A stretch of 64,000 nucleotides of DNA from the human T2T-CHM13v2.0 reference genome, Homo sapiens. A program made the position numbers and the translations under genes. The stretch lies in the NCBI RefSeq assembly GCF_009914755.1, contig NC_060946.1. One strand, written 5' to 3'. The notes under the pieces are model-generated. The model was not told the origin of the DNA. It did not search any database and worked only from the letters and a program-made list of their open reading frames with translations. Of this stretch, positions 39,401 through 55,712 are shown one piece after another (the first letter of the stretch is position 1; every line of letters begins with the position of its first letter).

Positions 39401-41367
39401 AACCCCTTTTGAGCTGATGCTTCTCCCAGAGTTAATTTGACTGTCTCCTCCATGACAAGGAGGGGCCAGTGACTGGGTCTGGTTTCCATTTGGAGCTCGC
39501 AGCCTGGCACCCAGCTTGACAGACAGATGGTAGCAAAGGCCCATAGCCCCAGGTCACCCACGGGCCCCAGAGGAGTGTTCCTGCCATCCATCCATCACCC
39601 AAGAGCCAGCACCCTGGAGTTGGATCAGTGTGGTCCTCACAGTAGCTTGGTGACCATGAATAAGTTTCACAGCCTGAGTCTTAGTTTTTCATCCAAAAAG
39701 GGTGGTTAACACTTATTTCATGGAGTTGAGAAGGCTAAGATGACAGAGGTGAAGTGGCCACACATAGTAGGTGATCAGGAAAGAGCTCTTTCAGGCGGCT
39801 GCCCTGGGCCACCAGAACTCCCTGGCCACCATTCTCCAGGGCCCCAGGCACACTGGGGTGGGAACTAATGAAATCCAAATGTGAAACTCTAGGCCTTTCA
39901 TGTGGTTGCTGGTCAGAAGCACATTTGATAAGGTGTCCCGGCTGTCCTGGCCGTCCCTACATGAAGTCTGTCTAGCCAAGGCATTTCCAGGGGTCTAATG
40001 AGAAGGGAACTGTGGTTGGGTGATTTCGAAGGTGATGGGAAAGACGTTGTTTTTCATTTATAAAGCTGCCAGGGCCAGTTGGGGAAAAGCAGAGGAAAGG
40101 GAAACTACAAGAAAGTAGATCCAAAGAAACAGAACCTGAAAGAGCTCCCCAGGCTGCTGCCTAGAACATCTGGAACTAAGCTAATGGGCATGGAGGGAGA
40201 GCAGCTGCCAAGCCATCTCTTGGCACGAGCTCTGAGAGCCGCCTGAGGGAGCTGGAGCAGACGCCGTGGGACTTTTCCCCTGAGTTATTGCAGCTTCCTC
40301 CTGGAGCCGGCCCGGGGTGGCGGCTCAAACATGGAAATGTGGTCTGAATCCTCTTCCCAGCAACCGCTGCTGGGCCTCAGTTTCTCTCTGTGAGGCGGGC
40401 AGTTGAGCGAAATGAAATTATAATATTTAATTATAATATTGCGAGTGTCAGACACTGCGCTGAGTTCTGCATGTGGATCCTCTTAATCCTTAAAACAACT
40501 CCAGAGGTGGCAATGATTGCACCCACTTTACAGATAGAATAACTGGTCAGAGAGGGTGTGTGTGTGTTACCTAAGGTCACAGAGCCAGCAAGGGCACCGG
40601 GTGAGAATTTGAACCCAGAGCCACTGGCTTCCTAACCACAGCGCTCTCCTGCTGAGCAGGGACAAGTACTCATCTTCCCAGCTCTCCCTGCAGTCAGGGA
40701 GCCAGAACACCCTGGGACCGGAAACTGCTGCCTGGATGACCTCAGCCAGCTACCTCGTTTCGCAGACGGGGAAAGTGAGAACCAGAGAAGGCCGGTGACT
40801 GGCCCAAGGTCACGTTGTGTCCCATATCCTCCTCTCATTCCCGGACGTCCAGCTCCCCAACAGCCCCAGCACAGAGCTGGGGAAAAATCTTCAGAGACAT
40901 CCCCTTGGGAAGACAGCTGGAAGGCAGGGCTGAGCCGGGGTCATTTGTGACCCAGCGGTGAGGTGATGAGGTACTGACGAAAGTACTGTATTTCCCCCTT
41001 TTGAGAAACGCTTTGGCATCAGATGAGTCTTGGGGGAGGGAGGAGAGGAATTTGGCAGGGATCTGGTTATAAGCCATCTGGAGGGTGGCGTGAGGACCGG
41101 AAAAGCCGCTGCCCGTTCTGTTTGGTCTCATCCCCTGAATGAGGTCACTGAATGTGCACGGGAGGCTCAGCGCTGCCCCACTCCAGCCTGATGGAGAAAT
41201 CCTACCCGAAATCCCAAAGCAGGGCAGGGACATTCCCACCAGATACTTTTGCAGCCTTTGTCCTGTGGGACGAAGCAAGGGATGATGACACACTCGCCTG
41301 CCCACCCGGAAGTGAGTCTCAGGTCATTGCATCAGAAGGGTGACAACCTAACACAAGTCATTGCTAA

Positions 41368-42095
<728 letters not shown>

Positions 42096-42199
42096 AATCT
42101 CAGAGAGTTTTGATGAAGTTACAAAATTCTGACCATGGAGCCAGAACTCAAATCTAGGTATGTGAGGTCTGAGCCCAGGCTTCCACCAGGGCCACTGTG

Positions 42200-42700
42200 C
42201 TGCAACTGCCACCACTTCCTGGCACCTCAAGTGACACCCGAGCATCATTCAAGGGAAATGGCCCATATCCCGGCAATTCCCCCACCCGCCCCACTTTCTT
42301 CTCTGAATTAGGGACTTCGGCAGAGACAGAGCCCCAGCAGCCTCCACCCGTCCCCTCGTGTCGGCCTTGCTCACCCACGGATGAGTCAGTTGGAATGTTT
42401 GGACATCCCAGCTCAGCGGCTGTGGTACCAGGAGCTGTCAGGAGGCGGGAATGCAGAGAATGTGGCTCACTGTGCTCCCGCCCGCCCAGGCTGAATCCGC
42501 AGAGAGGTTTGGAAGGTGAATGACACAATGTTTGTCAAGGGTTTGGGACGACAGGTGCATGTGAAGATGAGGACAAAGACTGATTCTTTTCTTGGGGCTG
42601 CCAGCACAGTTTCGCATCCCTCCCACACATGTCCGCATTCCAGGCCCAGACACTCCGTGCCCTGGGCTCCTATGAAGGGCAAGAAACCACTGATTAGGAA
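42200..42700. promoter_or_regulatory. Candidate promoter/enhancer
   Basis: CpG-containing unique DNA; GC boxes ~42280-42294 and ~42477-42487, AP-1 42382, GGAATG 42392, kB-like GGCAATTCCC 42272. Confidence 0.45.
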
Positions 42701-42752
42701 GCAAGAAGAAGAAAAAGAAATGTCCCAGGCTCTTAAAAGAAAGAGTGTTTGA

Positions 42753-43064
<312 letters not shown>

Positions 43065-43154
43065 TGAGTAGACAGTAGTGAAGAAGATGATGATAGTCCT
43101 TCCCCAGGGAGTTTCCTTTCTGGAGAGAGGTTCAGATAATTAAAAAGTGAGTGC

Positions 43155-43443
<289 letters not shown>

Positions 43444-45230
43444 TTACAGATGAGCAGTGTGGGGGAGGAAACAAACTAGGTCTATGATGGAAATTAGGGG
43501 AATGGGGTTCCTTTAAAATGAAATCAAACTCCGAGAGCTGCGTGCTGCCTAAATGTGTCACCTCACTGCCCACTGAACACACCATATTTTTCTGCCTCAC
43601 TGCCTCAGTTCCTGTAATCTCCCCATCCGGGTTCCTTTTTCCTCCCACCTTTCCAGAGTCTGTGCTGCCCACCCCGCCATCCAGAAACTTCCTTGCCCAC
43701 TTAGGGCTCTGCCCTGTGGATATAAGGTCACCTTCTCATCTCTCTCCCTTCCTATGGGAAGCATAGTTATCTCATGCACCAAGGCTGCGTGAGAATTCCC
43801 TCTGACACAAGGGCCCCAGAATCTTTTATTTTGGTGCCAGGCACTGGGGAGATGCAAAATAAATAGTTCTTTAGCAAATGAGCATCCCCAGACTCTGGCT
43901 GACTGTGGAAGGTCTGGAGAATGAGCAAAGAAATCGCGTTTAAGAAATGCTCAGTGCAGGAGCCAGCCTGGACCGTGTGGATTCAGGAGGTCCACATCAC
44001 ATGCACGCTGTTCAGGAAGGAGGAAGGGCTAAGGGTAGGAACTGTTTGATCAGCCCCTCTTCCGGAAGCTCAGGCCCCCAGATGTTGCCTTGATTACCTA
44101 TCAAAATGAGCAAATGCCAGATTCACCCAAGGCTTCGCTGACGCAGGGCACTGGAGAGAGAAAAACCACTGAGCTGATTATTTTGGCTTTATCCACCACA
44201 TCTGTTTCAGCTCAGCATCTCTGCTTGTCATCTTTAAAGAGATGGCTGCAGCGTTACAGAATCTTAGAGCTGGAAATGGCCTTGGAAGTCCTCACATCTC
44301 TCCACCTCCTTTTGCAGATAAGGGTCATGTCGCTCAGAGGCTGTGACTCACCCCCGGCCACGTGGCCGGTAGGAGGCCCAGCTGGGCCCGGAAAGAGGAC
44401 CGTGGTTCTCAGCTCCCAGGCCGGAGCTTTCCCCGGTTTTCCAAGCTTCCTCTTGGATCACACCAAGTCGTTTCCCCATTCGCCTCCGTTAGGCCTCACG
44501 AGTGAGAGAAGCTAGCCATGGCCCTTTCTCTCTCACTTCCCTCACTGCCCACCGCCCCCAAAAAAGGGAGAGATTCTCTTCCAGAACCAAACAGCGATGT
44601 TTTTTTTCCTCAACCGACGTCCTGTACCCTCCAAACTAGGCCCATCTCCAGGAGCACAGGCGCCTACACTCATACAGTGACTGAAAGAATGTCATCCACC
44701 CTCCCATCAACTCTGGGAACCAAGAGGCCATTTCTCAGCCACTGCACATGCCGAGGAGTCAGAGGGACTCGATTCTGCCCTGACTTGTCACACTCTCCTT
44801 GGCCAAGGCCTCCCCAAGGCATCTCAACCCCATTTTTCTGAGCCCCCCTGTTGACTGTGACCTTCCGTGCAGGCTGAGTTAGCAGGCTCTCTGGAAGGTG
44901 CTTCATGTCCATTCTGGAAGGGAGAGATTATTATCCCTGCCCCCTCCCACTTTTTAGAAACAGGTATAGAAATTGAGGCTCAGCGAGGTTAAGTTACCTG
45001 GCCATGGTCACCCAGCTAGTCAGTGGTAGAGTCAGAATTCAAACCCCCACAAGGCTTCCTGTGTGCCTCAAAGGAGCTAGAGGCAGCTCAAGATGTCCCT
45101 GCATGCACGCTCAGTAACAGCACCTCAGTGCCCTGCCCGAGTGCCTGAAATCCCCTCATTGGAGTCATCTCTCAGGTGACCCCAGCCTCAGGTGGCTAGC
45201 CATTCCTTCCTGATGGAAAAGACTGAGGAT

Positions 45231-45568
<338 letters not shown>

Positions 45569-46372
45569 TCACAGGAATGGTCTGAGGCTTGACAGCAAGG
45601 CCCAGAGAGTTTGGGAGGGCTCAGGGTTGACATGCGGAGAGGAGGAGGAGGAGGAGAGAGGTCTCCAAGGCAAAGCCTGGAGGTAGGTGGGGGCAGAACA
45701 TGAGGGCAGCAGCAGGAAGGTAAAATGGGTGCGGAGGACAGCAGGTTCCTCCGCTTTGAGGAATCAAAGCCCTCAGGGGCTGGCTCTGGGCAGGGATTGG
45801 TTTTGGGGCGGAAGGTGGAAGGGCCGGCGTGACTGGGAGGCATTAGTCAGCAGCGGAGCTTTATGAAAGGAGGGATTGTCCAGAGCCTCCTTACTCACCG
45901 GGCCAACTGGGTTGTCCCCAGAGCCCGGGGAGCTGGGCTGTTATCAGAAGGGGACCGGGAATTCTGTGCCGCTCACTGCCCAGGTTGAATGGCTGGGGCC
46001 ACAGGGGCCAGGCGTGGGGCCCCCGTCCAGCCTCAGCGGCTGTGACTCACAGCCCTCAGCTGAGTTTCTTCATTTTCCGCTGTCCCTGGGACAGTGGGAC
46101 CAGAGCCCTGGTGGGAGGCCTGACTCCCCTCTCTTGTAATAGAGGAGACCTACGGCTGATTCACAGGAGCCTGCCCCCGGCATCACCCCAGCTGACCCAC
46201 TGATGCACCCCGTCTGAAATCCACGGAGTTGCAGGCATGCCTGGAAGACCCCGAGCATTTATTCATCTCTTCCTCCTTCAGTCATTCGCACAGTCATTCT
46301 TTTTATGGTTGTGTTTTTCCAATCTTTATGATTTTTTTTTCCAATGGCAAAAGTAATCTATTGAATATTAGA

Positions 46373-46710
46373 TTCAAAAGGAATGAAATTCTGATATATG
46401 CTCCCATGTGAGTGAACTTGAGGATATTATGTTAAGTGAAATAAGCCAGACACAAAAGGACAAATACTGTGTGATTGCACTTATACGAGTCAAATTTGTA
46501 GAGACAGAAAGTAGAATAAATGTTGCCAGGGGCTGGGGAAGGGGAAAGGGAGAGTTAGTGTTTAATGGGGACAGAGTTTCACTGGGGAAGGTGGTGGTAG
46601 CGGTTGCAACATTGGGAACGTACTTAATGCCACCGAACCATACACTTAAAAATGGTTCAAATGGAACATTTAATGTCACGCGTATTTTACCGTAATAAAG
46701 AAAAACAAAA
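46373..46710 (+). mobile_element. L1M 3' end
   Basis: aaggaatgaaattctgata...gttaagtgaaataagccagacacaaaaggacaaatactg. Confidence 0.85.
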
Positions 46711-47123
46711 AGTGATCTATTGTTCAAACAATATATAAAAGATAAAACATAAAAGTAGATGACTGGGCTCATAATTACCCTCATTTCTCACCCTGTTACC
46801 AGTTTGGAATATCTGCTTTCGAACCTTTTAACGTCCCCACGCAATCGTGTATGTGTGGGCAAATATAGGCCCTGAGGGAGGAAGGGAATGTGATCTCCAG
46901 GTGCCAGACACATGCTCCTCATCCCTGTCTCTTTGAAGGACAATGTCATGCCTGCATCCCCAGGTGCCCAGTGGCAAGGTCGCGCATGAACAATCACCGC
47001 CATCCAGCGATGTCTTAGAGGTGTCTGGCTCGGTGCTAAGCCCTTTCACATGCATGAGCTCAATCCTTACACCAGCGTCGTGAGGAAGGTATATCTTGAT
47101 GCTCACTTCAAAGTCCATTTCAA

Positions 47124-47736
<613 letters not shown>

Positions 47737-49156
47737 TCATAAATGAAGACTCAAAGGAGGCAAAGCAGGGATGACCTGTGAGATTGTCAGGATTTGCAGA
47801 GATGCCTCTGCCATCATGTGCCCCAATCCTCAGCAGAGGGAGGCACTTGCACACTTTGTAGCAATCCCTTCATTTCTGGCTTCCCTGTTGACTGTACATT
47901 CCTAGGGAGAAGGATTATGCCAGCTTGTTCCCCGCTTGGTCCTCCACAAGCCTCGAGCACAGTAGGTGTTCAACAAATATTTGTGGAAAGAATGCTTCTC
48001 ATTCATTTCTCTGTTTGATCTTCTCCCACACTCCTGTGAGGTAGCAAATTAGGCAATATGATTGCTGCTGCTGTTAGTCATCTGGTTAGCAGGCGAGATG
48101 GGGTGACTTCCTCTGGGTCACACGGCCAGGACCTGCTGAGCTGGTCTCAGGCTCCTGGCTCCCCTCCCAGGCCTTTCCAACCCTGTCATGAGGACCTTGG
48201 CTCCTGTGCTTAAAAAACAAAGATATTAATTGGGAGGAGGAAGCCTTTGAGTCATTACCAGCAACAATAATAATAATTACAATCCTTCTCCTTGTAACCT
48301 TTACCTCATGTAATCCCCACTTCCATAGCACCAGCAAGGGAGGTGCTATTATTATCTCTAATAGATTGTTCTGCAGCTAGACAGAGAGGTTGAGCAACTT
48401 CCTCAACATCACACAGCTACGAGCAACAGAACAGAGATTCAGACCCCATCTGGTTCCAGAGCCCATAAACCACAAGTTACAAATATTGTAATCCCAAGTG
48501 GCATCCTCCACCGCACCCAGACAGACTCACAGCGCGTGTGGGCTGCGTTTGGTGAGGGAGAGGCTGAATGGAACATCCATGTATTCTCTCCTGCATTCAT
48601 TCACTCTCACTTAGTGAGCATTCGCTGAAACCCACCTGGGCGCCCTGCCAAGCGTCTGGCCCTAGGACACAGCAAGAGCAGGATGGTGCCCTTTCTGCCC
48701 CCAGGGAGGCTTTGGCCAGGTAGGAAAGGCAGATATCACTGTGCAATTCATTGCTTCATTAGAGCAAAGATGAGTGCCACCGGGGAGGAGGGATAAGCCT
48801 CTGTCTGCCTAAACCCAGGGTGGGGAAGGCTGCCCCTCAGAGCTGCCATCTCAGTGGCAGTTTGCGGATGGCAGGAATCAGGGAGCTGAGGGTGGAGAGC
48901 GTTCCAAGCGCCTGGAATTCCATAGTCTGGGCAAAGGCTTGGATCCGACTAGGATGGAAAGATGGCCGGTGTAGTCGGAACTGGTGAGAGAGGAGGAGAG
49001 GAGTGGGGATGGGGGTTCCAGGGTAGGTGGGCCAGCACTGTCCTGCCCAGTGTCCAAACCCTCTCAGACAGAACTAAGGCTGCGGCGAATGTCTTCACTT
49101 TCACTATTATCCTTAAAGAGTAAACAGGAAGTCCAAGTTAAAAGTTCCCATTTCTG

Positions 49157-49778
<622 letters not shown>

Positions 49779-50523
49779 GAAGTTATCATTTCTCCCCAGG
49801 TTGCTGGGCTTAGATGGGGCCTCCAGTAGGCATTTAATCCAGATGCTGCATCTGTGCTGATGTTTGCATGTGACAACGTGCTCACTGTATTGTTTGACCC
49901 TCACAGCCACCTGGAAGGAGGAAAGGAGAGCAGATGTCAGAGCCCTGTACAGAGGAGGAAACTGAGGCAAGAAAAGGCAGCATCTGAGCTCCCCGCGCTC
50001 CTTTCCTGGTGGCCTTTTCTCCACTGTAAGGTTCATTCAATAGCATCTTAGTCTCTGAGTTGCAAGGGGACATGGAGAAGGTTATATGATGTAATCCAGG
50101 TAAAGAGTCGAGCAGACAAAGGCTCAACATCAGCTTTCAGTAAACGGCGGCTGCTGTCATTGTCATGATAACCAGAGTTGTGACTCTTAGGATTCCCGTA
50201 CTCGGCTTCTCCCTGACCACCTGCACTGCCATGAGTTGGGCACCAAGCCAGGAGCTAGGAGGCAGGGAGGTGTTGGAGGCATCCCCTGCTCTTAAGGAGC
50301 ATACAGTGTAGCAGGGAGGCGGTAATTAGCAACCCAAGGCAGCCAGCAAAGCACCAAAGAAGGACCAGGGCTCAGGGAGTCTTTGGGGCAGGTGTGGTAG
50401 GGTATGGAAAGCAGCTTGAACCTCTGAGATGGGAACGTGGACAAGGAAGCTGCAGAAACCTCAGACGGTTTGTGGTAGGTGTTCTCTGGGGCTGGAGCAG
50501 ACAGGACTGAGGCTGGTGAGTCA

Positions 50524-50976
<453 letters not shown>

Positions 50977-51123
50977 GGCTCCACCTTTCCATGAAGCTGT
51001 CAACCAGTGCAGCAGATCCTTCTTAACCATAGTATTTATTTGGAATTTTTTTCTAATTGCAGATGTAAATTGTGCAGAATGCAGAAAGGTAGGACTCACC
51101 TGTGCATGCGTGTGTGCCTCTAT

Positions 51124-51124
<1 letters not shown>

Positions 51125-51162
<38 letters not shown>
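51125..51162. repeat. (CA)19 microsatellite
   Basis: Directly visible. Confidence 0.95.
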
Positions 51163-51165
<3 letters not shown>

Positions 51166-51531
51166 CGGGAGGAAAAGCCAAGATCATTTATAGCTCACTA
51201 CCCTGGGTAGCCCTGGTTAACCCCTCAGAGTACCTCCCTCCAGTCTTTCATTTATTCCCTGAAGGGGTTGATTCCAAGTGCTGTAAGATAGGGAAACCCA
51301 GGGAGGTGATGGGGACCAGGGAAGTCGGGATGGCCTTGGGGAGAAGGTGAGATTCAGACTCAGTCTTAAAAGAGGGGCCAGTTTGAAAAGACCAAGGTAG
51401 AAGAAGAGGAATTCCAGACGAGGGGACCAGCACGGCTAAGGCACACAGTTGGGGAAATCAATGAGGAACATGATCATTTATGGAGCACTTACCCACAGGC
51501 CAGCCTCTGATATGCAACACATGTGTTACCT

Positions 51532-51842
<311 letters not shown>

Positions 51843-52455
51843 TTACGTGACTGGATTGGACAACCCATGGGGTGGAGACAAGAATAGCCTCATTTCAGGG
51901 TGAGGAAACTGAGACACTCACACCCCTTAGCCATTCTGTGGCTGTGGTTCAGAACCAGGACTGGCTCACACCCAAGTTAAGTGGGGGCTGCCTAGAATGG
52001 GGACTGGTTGTTGGGGATTGGGACCCCCTGAGTTCCAGTGGCCTGGGCGCTCGGAGTGTCTGTCCTTCTGAGGAAGGGGACGGAGCATCAGGAGCCAGGA
52101 CAGTAAGGGAAGTGTGAAGGAGGAGGGTGTGAGGGGACGTCACCTGCTCCCCTCCCGTGCCAAAGAGGCTTTATCAGGGCATTGCAGACCCTGCCAATCG
52201 CCACTGCTCATCTGAAGCTGGGCTTCTCTGAGTATGGGCCTGCTGTCCTCGAGACAAGAGATAAGGCAGCCCCGGTCAACAGGCCTCTAAATGTTGGTGA
52301 CCAAGCAGAAGCCACACAAGGCTGATGGCCGGCTGGAAGGGAGGCCTCGCCAGCATCTTCTTCTGCCCACCTCCCCTGGCCACTCCGGGTTGGGGAGGTA
52401 GGGGTGGGGGAAGGGCAGACCCAGGTAAGAAAAACAGCAATAAGAAAGATTTTTA

Positions 52456-52784
<329 letters not shown>

Positions 52785-53945
52785 TCCTGCACGTTTCCGC
52801 CATGCCTTTGGTTCACAAAGTGCTTTGACTCTCATTATCAGTGTGAAAAGGAAACGTGGGGGCCTCAGAGCCAGCCTGAGGTCCAGGCCTCACATCACCA
52901 CTTTCTGGCTGTGTGACTATGGGCAGGTGACTTCACTCACCTCTCTGAGCCTCAATTTCCTCACCTGTAAAATGGCAACAGTAACACCATCTCCCCTCTT
53001 CTGAGCTCAGTGTCCAGCCAGCCTGTGGCCACTTTCCTCCTGGTCCTCTTCCCTCCCCACTGGCCTCCTCCTTTCTCCAGAGGGCACCACCTTTGCCCTG
53101 CGCCAGACAGCCAGGCCCTTGCCAGGCCAAGAGTTGAGTCAGACTTCAGTTCACCAACATGCTGCCGGGGTGGACGAGCCTGGACAGCCAGAGGAATCTT
53201 GTCCCGGCTCCCATACGGCAGCCAGTGCTTTGTCAGGCCCAGGGCGGGTGGGTGAGAGGGAGACAGGGAGGGGAGGAGGGGAGCCCCCGACGGGAAGGCT
53301 CTGATTCTGCCAGTGAAGGTTTTTGTTCTCTGGAATGCCAGGCCAGGGCAGTCAGCTCTGCCAACAAGAAGACTGGCCTCCAACAATAATGTTTTTCCCT
53401 GGGTTTTCTAGAATGCATCAGCTGCTTTCTAATTTGAACCATCAGGAGAAAGCTCATATGTGCTGAGTCTCAGAACAGCCGTATAAAGAAAACTGCTCCC
53501 CAGGCTTAACAGGAGCTGGCCTCTGAGGGACTTTGGCCAAGGGGCCCCTGAACAGGAGGCTGGGAGTGCCTCCCCGGGTACCTTCCCGTCCAGCCCAGGC
53601 CCTCGGTTGGCATCCTCCCCGGGGCACACCAGCCACTGTTCTCTCCACCTACACCCAGGAGGGCCGGCTGGGCGCCAGAGCCCATGCGAGGCTCTCGGCA
53701 CGACCATTGTCACTGTTACTGGGGTTCACGTGGATGATCACGTGCTGCAGGCCAGCAACATGCTGAGTACTTCACATTTCATATCCATCTACCGGAGTCG
53801 CACTCCACAGAAGAGAGTGGCAAGACCCGCAGAGAGGAAAGGACCTTGCCCAAAGTCCCCCAGCACTGAAGAGCTGGGCTTCCAGCCCCAGGTCTGCCTT
53901 GACAGTTCCATAGCCAGGCCTCACCCCCTGCAAATAAAAGAATTA

Positions 53946-54281
<336 letters not shown>

Positions 54282-54303
54282 CTACTAGGTGTGGCTAGAA
54301 TCA

Positions 54304-54468
<165 letters not shown>

Positions 54469-54993
54469 GTCACATAATGCGAGAGATAGCCAGGATGTGG
54501 AGAAACCAGAACCTCTGTCCACTGCTGGTGGGAATGCGGAATGGCACAGCCACTGCGGAACAGCCTGTTAGTTCCTCAAGTAATTAGACAGAGTTGTCAC
54601 GTGACCCAGCAATCTCACTCCTCCATATGCACCTGAGAGAAAGGAAAACGCAGGCACACACAAAGACAGGAACATGAATGTTCATAGCAGCATTATTCAT
54701 AACAGGCAAAATGTGGAAACTACCCACATGGAAAAACAAAATGTAGAATATCCATACAGTGGAATGTTATTCAGCCATAAAATGGAATGAAGTCCCACCC
54801 ATGCTACAACATGCATGAACTTTGCAAACACTATGCGGGTGAAAGAAGCCAGTCCCTACAGGCTACATGTGGTAATTCCATATAGATATTCCGTGTATGA
54901 AATATCTAGGATAGGAAAATTCATAGAAACAAAGATCAGTGGTTTCTCGTGGTTGGGGGTGAGCATGGGGGGTGATAGCCAAAGGGTATAGGT

Positions 54994-55382
54994 TCTTTCT
55001 TTCTTTCTTTCTTTTTCTTTCTTTCTTCTTTCTTCCTTCCTTCCTCTCTCTCTTTCTTTCCCTCTCTCTCTTCTTTCTTTCTCTCTCCTTTTCTTTCTTT
55101 CTCTCTCCTTTTCTTTCTTTCTCTCTTTCCCTCTCTCTCTTTCTTCTTTCTTTCTTCCTTCCGTCCTTCCTTCCTCTCTTTCTTTCCCTCTCTCTCTTTC
55201 TTTCCACCCTCTCTCTTTCTTTCTTTCCTTCCTTCCTCTTTCTTTCTCTCTTTCCCTCTCTCTCTCCTTTCTTTCTTTTTCTTTCTTTCTTTTTCTTTCT
55301 TTCTTCTTCTTTCTCTCTCTCTCTCCTTCCTCCCTCCCTTCCTTCCTTCCTTTCTTCCTTCCTTCCTTCCTTTCTCTCTCTC

Positions 55383-55419
<37 letters not shown>

Positions 55420-55432
55420 TTTTTTCTTCCTT
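54994..55432. repeat. ~440-bp (TTTC/TC/TTCC)n polypyrimidine tract
   Basis: Directly visible; expanded tail of the adjacent antisense Alu. Confidence 0.95.
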
Positions 55433-55434
55433 CC

Positions 55435-55712
<278 letters not shown>

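Noticed and set aside
42197-42523. 108-aa ORF with a CxxC..C pattern
   Set aside because: Non-ATG start, no recognisable homology; GC-rich DNA gives such ORFs by chance.
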